From: an uncultured delta proteobacterium
GTDB taxonomy: Bacteria > Desulfobacterota > RBG-13-43-22
Direction: 5' to 3'
Assembly (NCBI GenBank): GCA_963743305.1
Contig: CAVUPH010000024.1
Span: forward strand, 1-64,000
DNA: 64,000 bases
The notes under the pieces are model-generated. The model was not told the DNA's origin, made no database searches, and saw nothing but the letters and a program-made list of their open reading frames with translations. This document shows positions 21,098-31,390 of this stretch, one piece after another. The position numbers were made by a program, and so were the translations under genes. Numbering within the stretch: position 1 is the stretch's first letter; the number at the start of each line of letters is the position of its first letter.

Positions 21098-21568
21098 ATG
21101 GACCGTACGCCTATTACCAAGGAGGGGTTGGAACGCCTGCGGGAGGAATTGCGGCGATTGGAAACCGAAGGACGTCCCTCCGTGATCAAAGCGATTGCCG
21201 AAGCCCGGGCCCACGGGGACCTCTCGGAGAATGCCGAATACCATGCCGCCAAAGAACGGCAGGGCTTTATCGAAGGGCGAATCGCCGAACTGCACTCAAA
21301 AATTGCCACTTCCGAAGTGATCGATTGTTCCAACCTGCCGAGCGACCGGGTTATCTTCGGCTGTACCGTTCATATCAATGACCTGGATACCGGGGAAGAG
21401 CTGAAATTGCGTTTAGTCGGTCCGGATGAATCCAACGCCGACCAGGGCGAAATTTCGGTGATCTCCCCTATGGGCCGGGCCTTGATCGGCAAGGAACCCG
21501 GGGACGAAATCCAGGTCAAGACCCCGGGGGGGGTGCGACAAATGGAAATTTTAGATATCCTCGGCTGA
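21098..21568 (+). CDS. greA: Transcription elongation factor GreA
   Basis: EARAHGDLSENAEYHAAKE and ISVISPMGRAL. Confidence 0.96.
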   Translation: MDRTPITKEGLERLREELRRLETEGRPSVIKAIAEARAHGDLSENAEYHAAKERQGFIEGRIAELHSKIATSEVIDCSNLPSDRVIFGCTVHINDLDTGEELKLRLVGPDESNADQGEISVISPMGRALIGKEPGDEIQVKTPGGVRQMEILDILG

Positions 21569-21640
21569 TGAGCGCCCCCCTGCCTGGACTCCCGCAAACG
21601 CTAAATTATTTTTGCGCTGGTTGGACTTTGGAAGGCGGGA

Positions 21641-21857
21641 AAAAATGAACATCGAACATCGAACGTCCAACATCGAATGCTTAATGAGAAAAGATGAAGA
21701 AACAGGTATATGCTCTGGAAGAAAGGTTCTCGAGTATTCGGTCAGAATCATAAAATTCGTTGGACGGCTTCCCAAGACCAGGACAATCAGCCATGTTGGA
21801 TGCTTGTTTTTCATTCGATGTTGGACGTTCGATGTTGGATGTTCGATGTTCATTTTT
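21641..21857. mobile_element. Inverted-repeat element enclosing a four-helix-bundle protein relic
   Basis: AAAAATGAACATCGAACATCGAACGTCCAACATCGAATG at left with its reverse complement at 21812-21857. The interior reads LEYSVRIIKFVGRLPKTRTISHVG. Confidence 0.6.
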
Positions 21858-21884
21858 CAATAAACCCTGGCCGGTGAATCCCTC

Positions 21885-22484
21885 GTGGTGGCCTCGTTGC
21901 TCCATTGGGACGTCACCTTCTTTCACTGGATCAACCAGGGGCAGCAAAACGCCTTCTTTGACCGGGTGATGCCCTATATCACCGAATTTGATCACTGGAA
22001 ATTCTGGTTTTTAAGCGCCTGGCTGATCTGGTTCGTCTGGGGAAGCAAGAAGACCCGGATCACCCTGGTCCTGCTGGTCCTGCTGGTGGGTCTCCTGGAT
22101 TACAGCAACAGTTTTTTTTTCAAACCCCTCTTTGCCCGGCTGCGCCCCTGCAATGCCCTCTCGGAGGTCCGTATTTTTTGGCCCTGTCCGCGTTCCCTTT
22201 CTTTCCCCTCCAATCATGCCGCTAATGTCTTCGGGGGGGTTTTCTTCTTATCCTATATTTACCGCCGCTGGGCACCCGGGTTAATTTTCATCGCCCTGCT
22301 GGTAGGGTACTCTCGCATCTATGTGGGGGAACATTTTCCGTTGGATGTGGTCGGCGGGGCGGTTCTGGGCGCCGTCGGGGCCGGGGGGATGCTCTTCTTC
22401 CGTTTTCAAGTCTTGCGCTGGTGGAAAACCGAAACGCTTTCAGCGGAAAAAACCGAACGGCCTATTGATCCCCGAAGGGGCTAG
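21885..22484 (+). CDS. PAP2-family phosphatase
   Basis: KPLFARLRP, SFPSNHA and SRIYVGEHFPLDV. Confidence 0.9.
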   Translation: MVASLLHWDVTFFHWINQGQQNAFFDRVMPYITEFDHWKFWFLSAWLIWFVWGSKKTRITLVLLVLLVGLLDYSNSFFFKPLFARLRPCNALSEVRIFWPCPRSLSFPSNHAANVFGGVFFLSYIYRRWAPGLIFIALLVGYSRIYVGEHFPLDVVGGAVLGAVGAGGMLFFRFQVLRWWKTETLSAEKTERPIDPRRG

Positions 22485-22960
22485 GTTCTCGCGGAATCGG
22501 ACTTTTCCCGACGGTAGTATCTTTCGCCAGGTCTTTCTTCTCCTCGCTGGTTTTGGCTTTTCCCGGCAGGTTATGGATTTGGCGCAGCAGACCGTCCAGA
22601 TCCTCCTTCTGCCGGGCATAAAGATCCTTGACCGTGTATTCCAGGTAGGCAATCCGGTTTTCTAAAGTCTTCATTTTGGTCGCGAATAACTGATTCAAAA
22701 TCCGAGCGGCCACCAAAACCCCCAGCAGCAGAAGGATCAAGAGGATGGCATTCAAGAGGGGATAATTAATCACCAGCCTCCCCTGGTAGGGGGGTGGCGA
22801 CCCGGAAATCCCCTGTCCCCAAACGGTGCAAACTTCCAGCGTCGAAGCCACAAGAACCAGGCAGCCGGCGGCGCCTCCCAGCAACCCCCGGGACCGCCTT
22901 TTTTTAGGAAGGTTCCCATCGGTTTCCCCTCCGATTTTTTTTGATCGCCTACACCCGCAT
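22462..22960 (-). CDS. Hypothetical membrane protein (true start uncertain)
   Basis: TM segment AILLILLLLGVLVAA followed by a coiled coil. Confidence 0.45.
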
Positions 22961-23109
22961 AAGGTAATCGATCCACAACGAATTTTCAAGAGCGAATATT
23001 TGATGGGATCAGAGGAAGGTTCAGAAACAGGTGTTCCCTGTTCGACCAGGGAGGTTTGATTTTGATTCGAGGTTGGGCGTTCGATGTTCAACGTTCGACG
23101 TTCATTTAG

Positions 23110-24782
23110 TTAAGTTTTGGTCTTCCCCTTTTCCAGTCGGCGTTTTTCCTCATCTCGAATTTCGCGGCGCAGGAGTTTGCCCACTTTGGATTTGGGCAAC
23201 ATGTCCCGGAACTCGATGTACTGGGGGATCTTGTAGGCGCCAGTCGTTCCCGGCACCACTTGATCAATTCGGCACCGCCCACGCCTTTGGCGTCGCTTTC
23301 AGGACCACGATGGCCTTGATACGTTCGCCCACCTTAGGGTCGGGGATACCGACGGCGCAGGCGCCGATGACCGTGGGGTGATCCTGGAGAACGGCCTCGA
23401 TTTCCGAAGCGGAGACCCGGTAGCCTTTAAATTTGATGATATCCGCCAGTCGCTCCACATAGACCAGATCTCCCGTCTCAGTCCGGCGGACAAAATCACC
23501 CATCCGGTAATAAACTTCTTCCCGTCCAGTTTGAATATAGGCCTTGGCCGGTCTCCTCGGGCTTCTTCCAGTACTCTTGATGGTGAAATCGGAGGTCACC
23601 AGCCAATTCCCCCACCTCTCCGGTCGGGACCGGTTCCAGGGTCTCCGGATCGACCACCAGGCATTGCCGGGACTGGAGGGGGGCTGCCCGATCGGACTGG
23701 GGATCCGGTTCGTGGTCCAGGCGGCTGTAGGTGATATGGCCGACCTCGGTGGAGCCGTACACCTGGTAGATGGGTTGCCCGACATTTCTCCTTCCAGCGA
23801 TGAGAGACCTCCAGGGGCAGCACATCGCCGCCGCAGTAGCAGTATTTCAGGCTCCGCAGATCGTAGCGCTCCAGCCGGTCGTTTTCCAGGATCATTCGGT
23901 AAAGCGTCGGCACGCCCAGTAACCAGCGGACCTGGTAACCGCCGGATAGCTTCCAGGATGGCGTCCACCTGCGGTACGGGCATCAGGATGGTGGTATTCC
24001 CCTGATTCAGGCCCCACGGCCATGAAGAATCCCAGGGCCATGATATGGAAAAGAGGGTTGACGGCGATATAGGTATCCCCGCCTTCCCGAACGTGGCCCT
24101 GAACCACGTCCTCCATGATATCCTGAATGTAGGAGGTCATGCCCATGTGGTTTCCCGGCACTCCTTTGGGAAAGCCGGTCGTTCCGCCGGTATATAAAAT
24201 ATACGACAAATCGTGACGGGGATCAATTTTTACGGAGCGGCGGAGCGGTGGAAATCTTCAGCAAATCCTTAAACGAATGGATCAGGCCGCCCCGTTCGAC
24301 CTTGCCTCCGGGGATCTTATCGAAGAGGGTGCCGATGACTCGCTTCCAGACCGGCAGGAGGTCCGCCAGGTTGGTGACGATCACCCGTTTCAGGGGCGTC
24401 TTCGGCAGAATTTCCTTCACATAGCCAAAATTGGTATCATGGCAGATGATGGTTTCGGCCCCGGCGTCCCGGATCATATATTCGATCTCATGAGAGGTAT
24501 AGATGGGGGAAACCGGCATGACCACCGCCCCGATCTTTTGGATCCCCAAGAAGGCCACCACCCACTGGATGCAGTTGGAAATATAAATAACCACTCGATC
24601 CCCCTGTTTCACACCCAGGTGGGATAATCCGGCGGCAAAACGGTTCGCCAGTTCATTCAGTCTCAGGTAGGAGAATTTTTCCCCTAAAAAAACCACGGCC
24701 GTGTTCCGGGGGTATTTTTCGGCCATGCCTTCAAATTGGGCAATAACGGGTTCTTCCGATAAGGTCGGGAGGCCATGGTCAT
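23110..24782 (-). pseudogene. Long-chain acyl-CoA ligase split by several frameshifts
   Basis: Fragments carry YTGGTTGFPKG, YGSTE, YRMGD, IKFKGYRVSASEIE and [12 protein letters not shown] in different frames. Confidence 0.8.
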
Positions 24783-25526
24783 ACTCCGAAATAGGCGGAG
24801 CGCACATCGGGGTTGTCCATAAGTTCCTGACGACTGCCTTCCATTACGGCCGCTCCGTTTTCCAAAATATAGGCGTGGTCGATGATCGGCAAAAGCGGTC
24901 GGGCATACTGTTCAGCCACGATAATGGCGATCCCCCTTTCCTTTCGGATCTCCCGGATCGATCGGACCAGCATGGCTTGAACCAGCGGACTCAGTCCCAT
25001 AAGCGGCTCATCGAGCAAGAGGATTTTGGGTTGGGCCATGAGCGCCCGGCCGATAGCCAGCATCTGCTGCTCACCGCCGCTCAGGAAGCCGCCTTCCCGA
25101 TTCTTCAAAGGAATCAGGGCCGGGAAAATCTTAAAAACGTAGTCCAGGGTTTCCTTTTTTTGTCGGCTGGACGCCAGGTACGCCGCCTATGGCTAAATTT
25201 TCCAAGACGGTGCTTTCCGGGAAGATCCGGCGCCGTTCAGGGCAGAGGATGATCCCCAAACGGGCCCGGCTGCTGGGTTTGAGGCCCATCAGGTCTTGCC
25301 CATCAAGGGACACCTGTCCCAATACGGTGATCCGCTCGCCGCCGGCCATCTCCTCTTTTCGCTTGATGTCCAGAATGATCCCGGAAATCACGTACATCAA
25401 AGTGGATTTTCCGGCGCTGTTGGCCCCGAAAATACCGACGATCTGGTCCGGACCGCAACGCAAACCCACGTTGTTCAGGGCCAGCATGTTTTCATAAAAA
25501 ACCATTAACTCCCGGGCTTCAAACAT
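24779..25526 (-). CDS. livF: LivF-like ABC ATPase (frameshifted near 25110-25190)
   Basis: GANSAGKS in the 5' fragment; LSGGEQQM and LLDEP in the 3' fragment. Confidence 0.8.
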
Positions 25527-26298
25527 AATCGGACAGGTCCTCCGAACCGAGATAGGCCTCCTTCACTTTTTCATCGGCCATCACGACCTCCGGCAGGCCT
25601 TCACACAATTTCTGGCCGAAATTCAAGACCATGACCCGGTTGGCGACCCGAAAAAGCTCCTTTAAGCGGTGTTCGATCATGATCAGGGTGATTCCCTCCA
25701 TCTGCAGGCGTTCCAGCAAAGGGATCATACTGGCGATCTCGCTCATGCTTAGACCGGAAAAGACTTCGTCGCAGAGGATCAATTCCGGCCTCAGGGCCAG
25801 GCAGCGGGCCAGTTCCAGCCGTTTCAAATACCCGGTCGGCAGAGTCGAGGCCATTTTATAGGGCACTTGGGAGTCGCGTTCGAAGCCGATCTCCTCCAGA
25901 ATATCAATCGCCACCGTGTCGCGGTCCCCCAGTTTTCCTCCACCCCGCCAGCCGCCGGTGCGCTGGGCCCGGGGGGAAAACAGGGGAATGATCAAATTTT
26001 TATAGGCCGGCAGGCTGTAATAGGGCCGCATGATCTGAAAGGTCCGGGTAACTCCCAGGTCGGCGATCTTATGGGGTGGGCGGTTGGTAATGTCCCGTCC
26101 TTTGAACAGGACGTGGCCGGAGTTGACCCGAACAAAGCCGGTGATGCTGTTGACCAGGGTGGTTTTACCCGAGCCGTTCGGTCCGATGATGCCGAAGATG
26201 TCCCCGGGAAAGATCTTGAAGCTGACACCGGCCAGGGCCTGGATACCCCCGAAGGATTTGCTGATATCCCTGACGTCCAACAAGGGTTCAGAATTCAT
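25519..26298 (-). CDS. livG: LivG-like ABC ATPase
   Basis: GPNGSGKT, TRTFQ and EAYLG. Confidence 0.9.
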   Translation of the reverse strand: MNSEPLLDVRDISKSFGGIQALAGVSFKIFPGDIFGIIGPNGSGKTTLVNSITGFVRVNSGHVLFKGRDITNRPPHKIADLGVTRTFQIMRPYYSLPAYKNLIIPLFSPRAQRTGGWRGGGKLGDRDTVAIDILEEIGFERDSQVPYKMASTLPTGYLKRLELARCLALRPELILCDEVFSGLSMSEIASMIPLLERLQMEGITLIMIEHRLKELFRVANRVMVLNFGQKLCEGLPEVVMADEKVKEAYLGSEDLSDYV

Positions 26299-27308
26299 AC
26301 TTTGATCCATTTTTCAAACTGGTGGTATTTGCGCTGGCCGTAGACCATGAGCCCCTCGCTGCGAAAAACGATAAAGGCCATCAGGATTAGGGAATAGAAG
26401 ACGATGCGCAAGGTGCCGAAGGCCCGCAGCAATTCGGAAATGGGGACCAGAATGAAACTCCCCAGCACCGGACCGACCAGGGTGCCGCCCCCCCCGATGA
26501 CGGTGGCGGCGATGGGGATAATGGAGAAGTCCAGGGCCAGGGTGGAGATGCCGGCCCACATATAGATATGGACCAGATAGGCCCCGGCCAGGCAAGCCAA
26601 CCCGGAGGAGATGAAGACTGCCAGGGTCTTGTAAAACGTGATGCTTATGCCGGAGGCCTTGACGGCCTGATCGTTGTCTTTGACCGCTCGGAAGACCAGA
26701 CCGATATCCATGTTAACGAAGCGGCGCAACCCGAATAAGGCCAGCAGGATGATCCCGATCAAGGAATACTGTTCCACCCAGCGGTTGGGAAAACTGGCGA
26801 CGCCCAGGATCCCGTCTGTGCCTCCGAAGATATTCAGGGCCTCGATGATGCGGGCCGCCAAGAGGGGATACATGAGCGTCACGATAGAGAAGTATACCCC
26901 CCGGAGCGGCAGGCAGGGCATAATCGCCAGGGTGCAGAAGACAGCCCCGCCGATGGTGGCCAGGGGTATGGAAAAGAGCGGGGAGAGACCTAACTTGGTA
27001 TTCAACAGGGCCGCCAGATAACCGCCCACGCCCACGAAAAAAGCCCCGCCTAAAGAAACCAGGCCGACAAAATGGGTCAGAAAATCAAAACTGAGGGCCA
27101 ACAGGGCGTAAATAGCGACAATGGAGATCACCCGCTGCCAGTAGGGGTTGGTGACGACCAGGGGCAGGAGCAGGAGCCCGACGATCAGCACCAACCGGGG
27201 GATGACCAGGTAAGTGATTTCCTTCCACCCGGTAATGGCATAGATGCCGCTGGTGCGGACCTTGATTCCCCGATCGAGACGTTCCCGGCGGACAGAGGCG
27301 GAAGCCAC
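26295..27308 (-). CDS. livM: LivM-like permease
   Basis: LRGVYFSIVTL, AVKDNDQA and GGGGTLVGP. Confidence 0.88.
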   Translation of the reverse strand: MASASVRRERLDRGIKVRTSGIYAITGWKEITYLVIPRLVLIVGLLLLPLVVTNPYWQRVISIVAIYALLALSFDFLTHFVGLVSLGGAFFVGVGGYLAALLNTKLGLSPLFSIPLATIGGAVFCTLAIMPCLPLRGVYFSIVTLMYPLLAARIIEALNIFGGTDGILGVASFPNRWVEQYSLIGIILLALFGLRRFVNMDIGLVFRAVKDNDQAVKASGISITFYKTLAVFISSGLACLAGAYLVHIYMWAGISTLALDFSIIPIAATVIGGGGTLVGPVLGSFILVPISELLRAFGTLRIVFYSLILMAFIVFRSEGLMVYGQRKYHQFEKWIKV

Positions 27309-27310
27309 GG

Positions 27311-28176
27311 TTAGACCCTCTCTTCCAATTCTTTTTGGCGGCCGAAAAGACCGGAAGGTTTAAGGATCAAGGTGACGATGATGGCCAGCAGGGCCACCAC
27401 GATCTGAAAATGAGACTCCACATAGACTACGGTTAAAATCTGGGCAAAGCCGATGACAAAAGCCGCCACCACGGCCCCCACCCAACTGCCCAGTCCGCCG
27501 ACGATGCAGACGGCAATGGCCATAATCAGCACATTGTAGCCGGCTTCCACCACGATGTTGCCCAAGGGCAATAGCGCGATGGCCGCCAACCCGGCCAGCA
27601 TGGAGCCTAACCCATGGCCACCACCGCCATGCGGTCCGAGTCGATGCCCAGCATCATGGCCGCCCGTTCATCCTGGGCCATCCCCCGCAGGGCCAGGCCG
27701 ATGCGGTTGAAATGGGTAAAGAGCCAGAGCAGGACCATGACCAAGACCCCGATCCCGACCACCAGGATCCGCTGATAATCGACCAGCACCCCGCCCAGCT
27801 CCCAGCTTCCCTCGATGAAGACCGGCAACGTATAGGTCAGGCCCTTGAAGCCCCCCCAGCGCAGGCCCTCCAGAATCGCCAACCCGATGGCGTAGGAGGC
27901 GATAATTTCCGAAGTGGCCATGCCCCGGATGCGGATCAGGATAAAATAATAGATGGCGCCCCCGATCAGTCCGATGGCCAGTAAGGCCAGGGGAATGGCC
28001 CAGAGGTAGGGCAGACCCAGGGTGCGCATCAGGCTCCAGACAATGAACCCGGTGACCACATAGAGGGCCCCATGGGCAAAATTGGGCAGACCGCTGATCC
28101 CATAGACCAAAGTAAACCCCAGGGCCATCAAGGCCAGGGAAACGCTGTTGACTGTGCCGTAGATGAGGATTTCCAT
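27311..28176 (-). CDS. livH: LivH-like permease (frameshift near 27605)
   Basis: NFAHGAL and GLALRGMAQD; the 3' fragment has VGGLGS and KPSGLFG. Confidence 0.82.
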
Positions 28177-28210
28177 AATTTCAATTACCGCTATACGCCC
28201 GGGGAATGTT

Positions 28211-28359
28211 AAATTCGAATTCCGAATTTCGAAATCCGAAACAAATTCTAATTTTCAAAACTCAAACGTTCAAAACGTGGGAAATCATGTTTTGTTTTGA
28301 ATTTTGAAATTTTGGTCATTTGAGTTTGTTTCGGATTTCGTGTTTCGGATTTCGAATTT
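28211..28359. repeat. Intergenic inverted repeat with CGAAATC/GATTTCG short reiterations
   Basis: TTCGAAATCCGAAACAAA ... TTTGTTTCGGATTTCGTGTTTCGGATTTCGAA. Confidence 0.75.
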
Positions 28360-28367
28360 GCCTTTTT

Positions 28368-29650
28368 TTATTTCTTCATCCAGGGCGGCAGCAGAATCTG
28401 ACCGACGGCGATGGAGTCCGGAAAGACCACGACCCGCTTCCCCTTCTGCCATTGAAAGATGGTCCCGACCGCGCCCTCCTTGGGATCCAGGCTGGGGATG
28501 ACCTGGTGCGACTTAGGATCAAAGCGGATCCGGCCGTAGACGCCCATCAGATCGGTCTTTTCCAGGGCGGCGATTACCGCGTCGGTGTCCAGGGACCCGG
28601 CTCGTTCGATGGCGTCTTTCAGGGTGTAGACCGCCATGTAGCTGCTGCGAGGTCCCGTAGCCCTCGGGTTCGATCTTCCAACGCTTGGTGTAGGCGTCAT
28701 AAAATTTCATGGTCCAAGGCGTGACCTTGGAGGGGGCGTTCCCGGCGTTGACCACGTTGGCCAGGGTGTATTCCCCTTTTCCTTCGGTGGCCTTCCAGAA
28801 TCCAGGCTGCTCGGCGGCGGCGATGATCGAGCCGAAGGGCAAGGCCGGAACCTTCAAGTCATACCACTGTTTCAAAAGAATGGCGCTTTCGGGCATGTCC
28901 ATCCAGATCAGCAGGACTTGGGCCCCTTCCTTTTGGCTTTGAGCAGACCCATGGAAAAATCCGTGGTCCCGGTCGGATAGATTTCCGGTTTGCCGAGTAC
29001 CGTCCAGCCTTTTCCGGCCATGATCTTGGCAATTGGACTCGCCGCCGGCCCGCGCATGGGCCACATCCTGGACCATGATGAACAATTTATTGAGATTGTG
29101 TTTTTTACCGATGTCCGACCAGGCTGGGGATGATCTCACCGGCCACCATCCATTTGGCCTCCCCGCTGATCCGGAAGCAGTATTTGAACTTGTCATAATT
29201 TTCAGCCACCCGGGCATTATAGGCCGGGGTCAGGGCCCCGGTGGTCAGGATGGATATTTTCTTGTATTTGGACAACAGGTCCATGGCGGCCAGGGCCGCT
29301 TCGGACCGCACCGGTCCTCCGATAAGGAAATCGGCCTTTTTCTCCAAGATGAGTTTTTCAACGGTCAGGAGGGCGTCGCTGACCGGGACGCCGGGTTCCA
29401 GATCGCGGGTATCGATGACCGACACCTCAAAGGGTCGCTTGACCCCTCCGACCTTCACCCCGCCCTTGGCGTTAATTTCCTCCACGGCCAGGCGAATGCC
29501 CCGCTCCGCGTCCCAGCCATAGAGAAAGCCCGTCGCCAACGGGGCGCCGATAACGATAGGCTTTTCAGCGGCCGGGGCCGAAGCGCCGGCGAATAAAATT
29601 AGGCTAACAAAACAGACCAGGACCCAGGGAACCAATGATCTTGCCTTCAT
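28368..29650 (-). CDS. LivK-like substrate-binding protein, several frameshifts
   Basis: Signal peptide MKARSLVPW..., EEINAKGGV and C-terminal GVYGRIRFD fragments in three frames. Confidence 0.8.
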
Positions 29651-29727
29651 CTTGCTCCTCCTTCTTTTTGGATATTGATTGTTATCCTTCAACTTAAGAG
29701 GGAATCACTCGGTATCCCCTCAACGCT

Positions 29728-29743
29728 TGCAAGAGATTTGCCA
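29728..29743 (-). promoter_or_regulatory. Sigma54 -24/-12 promoter for the second liv/acyl-CoA ligase operon
   Basis: The minus strand reads TGGCAAATCTCTTGCA (GG-N10-GC), ~80 bp upstream of the livK start and next to a sigma54 activator gene. Confidence 0.75.
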
Positions 29744-30016
29744 GCGGCCTTAAAAAAAATTACCGATGCGATTGCAGGGAGTTGGGGAAAATGCCGGGCG
29801 TCTCGTTCCACTTTTCATTTGAACTGATTTTACAATTTGTGAAAATTTTTTTCAATGGCTTTGTTGACGGTACCCCCCCAGGGTGCGGCAAACCGCGTCC
29901 TCTCGGGCATGGTCGAGGGATCTGGGCGAAAGGACTTTCCGAAGCCATTCGGACTCCGGACCCGGGACTGAATTACCCATTCCGCCCGCCCCAAATGAAG
30001 ATCAGCCAAAAATCAT

Positions 30017-31390
30017 TCAGGCCGGCTTGAAGCCTCTGGCCAGCCCATAGGTTTTAAGTTTCTGACGAAGTGTCGGACGGGAGATGCCCAATAGCTCACA
30101 GGTCTTCCCCAAGTGCCAGTGGGTACGCTGCAAGGTTCCGATAATATATTCTTTCTCCATATCTTTGAGACTTTGTTCCTTGGGGATCGTCTCTTGCGGA
30201 TGGGGATATACCGGCACGTTTCGGCCGAGCAACAGAGCGATCTGTTCTTCGAGGATTACTTCTCCCTGGCTATTGATCGCCACGTGGGTCAGGACGTTCG
30301 TCAGTTCCCGGACATTACCCCGCCAATCGTATTCCATCATCTTCCTCAGGGCGCCTTCCTCCACTTTTCTGAGCCGTTTCCCGAGTTCATGGTTGATTTT
30401 TCTCAGGATATATTCCACCAAAAGCGGAATATCGGGCTTGCGCTCCCGGAGGGGGGGGACCTGGATGCCCGCCACTTTGAGCCGGTAGTAGAGATCTTCT
30501 CTGAAGGTCCCCTGGGTGACCATCTCCCGGAGGTCTCTGTTGGTAGCGGCGATTACCCGGGCATCCGACTTGATTTTCTTTTCCCCACCGAGACGCTCGA
30601 ATTCTTTTTCCTGTAAAAACCGCAACAGCTTCGACTGGAGCCCGATCGGAACCTCCCCGATCTCATCCAGAAAAATGGTCCCCTTACCGGCGAGCTCGAA
30701 CTTCCCCCTTTTCGAACCGGAGGCTCCGGTGAAGGCACCCTTCTCATGGCCGAAAAGTTCGCTTTCCAACAGAGAACCTACCAGGGTGGAGCAGTCGATC
30801 GGTCGGAAGGGATGCTCCCGAAAAGGACTGTTGTAATGGATAGCCCGGGCGATCAACTCCTTCCCCGTGCCGGTCTCCCCTTCAATCAGCACCGTGACCC
30901 TGTTTTCGGAAAGGACGCCAATGGTTTTAAAAATCTCTTTCATTCCCCGGCATCGGCCAATCACTTTCCCGGGCACGTAGACTGATGAGGGATCGATCAA
31001 GAGCGACTTACCGGTTGGGGTGGCGTTTAGGGACTTAATGGCCTTATCGATAGCCCTCTCAAGCTCTTCCACATCGATGGGTTTAGGAATATAATCGAAG
31101 GCTCCGTATTTCACCGCCTTGATGGTTATTTCCATGTCATGAAAGGCCGTAATAATGATGATGTGCTTTCGGCCGTCGCGAATCAGTTGTTGCAGCACCT
31201 CCAGACCATCCCGGTCCGGGAGGCGAATATCCAGGATGATCACCTGAGGATCAAAGGCCCGGCAGAGCTTCAACCCTTCCAGCGCCGATTGGGCGCAGGC
31301 CACGGTGTAGCCTTTCTCGGTGAGGAACATCTCCAGAGACTCCAGGAGCGACCGTTCATCGTCAATGATCAATATCTTTTTATTTTTCAA
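30017..31390 (-). CDS. Sigma54-dependent response regulator (REC-AAA+-HTH)
   Basis: IIDDE, GETGTGKE, ESELFGHEKGAFTGA and a Fis-type HTH. Confidence 0.95.
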   Translation of the reverse strand: MKNKKILIIDDERSLLESLEMFLTEKGYTVACAQSALEGLKLCRAFDPQVIILDIRLPDRDGLEVLQQLIRDGRKHIIIITAFHDMEITIKAVKYGAFDYIPKPIDVEELERAIDKAIKSLNATPTGKSLLIDPSSVYVPGKVIGRCRGMKEIFKTIGVLSENRVTVLIEGETGTGKELIARAIHYNSPFREHPFRPIDCSTLVGSLLESELFGHEKGAFTGASGSKRGKFELAGKGTIFLDEIGEVPIGLQSKLLRFLQEKEFERLGGEKKIKSDARVIAATNRDLREMVTQGTFREDLYYRLKVAGIQVPPLRERKPDIPLLVEYILRKINHELGKRLRKVEEGALRKMMEYDWRGNVRELTNVLTHVAINSQGEVILEEQIALLLGRNVPVYPHPQETIPKEQSLKDMEKEYIIGTLQRTHWHLGKTCELLGISRPTLRQKLKTYGLARGFKPA

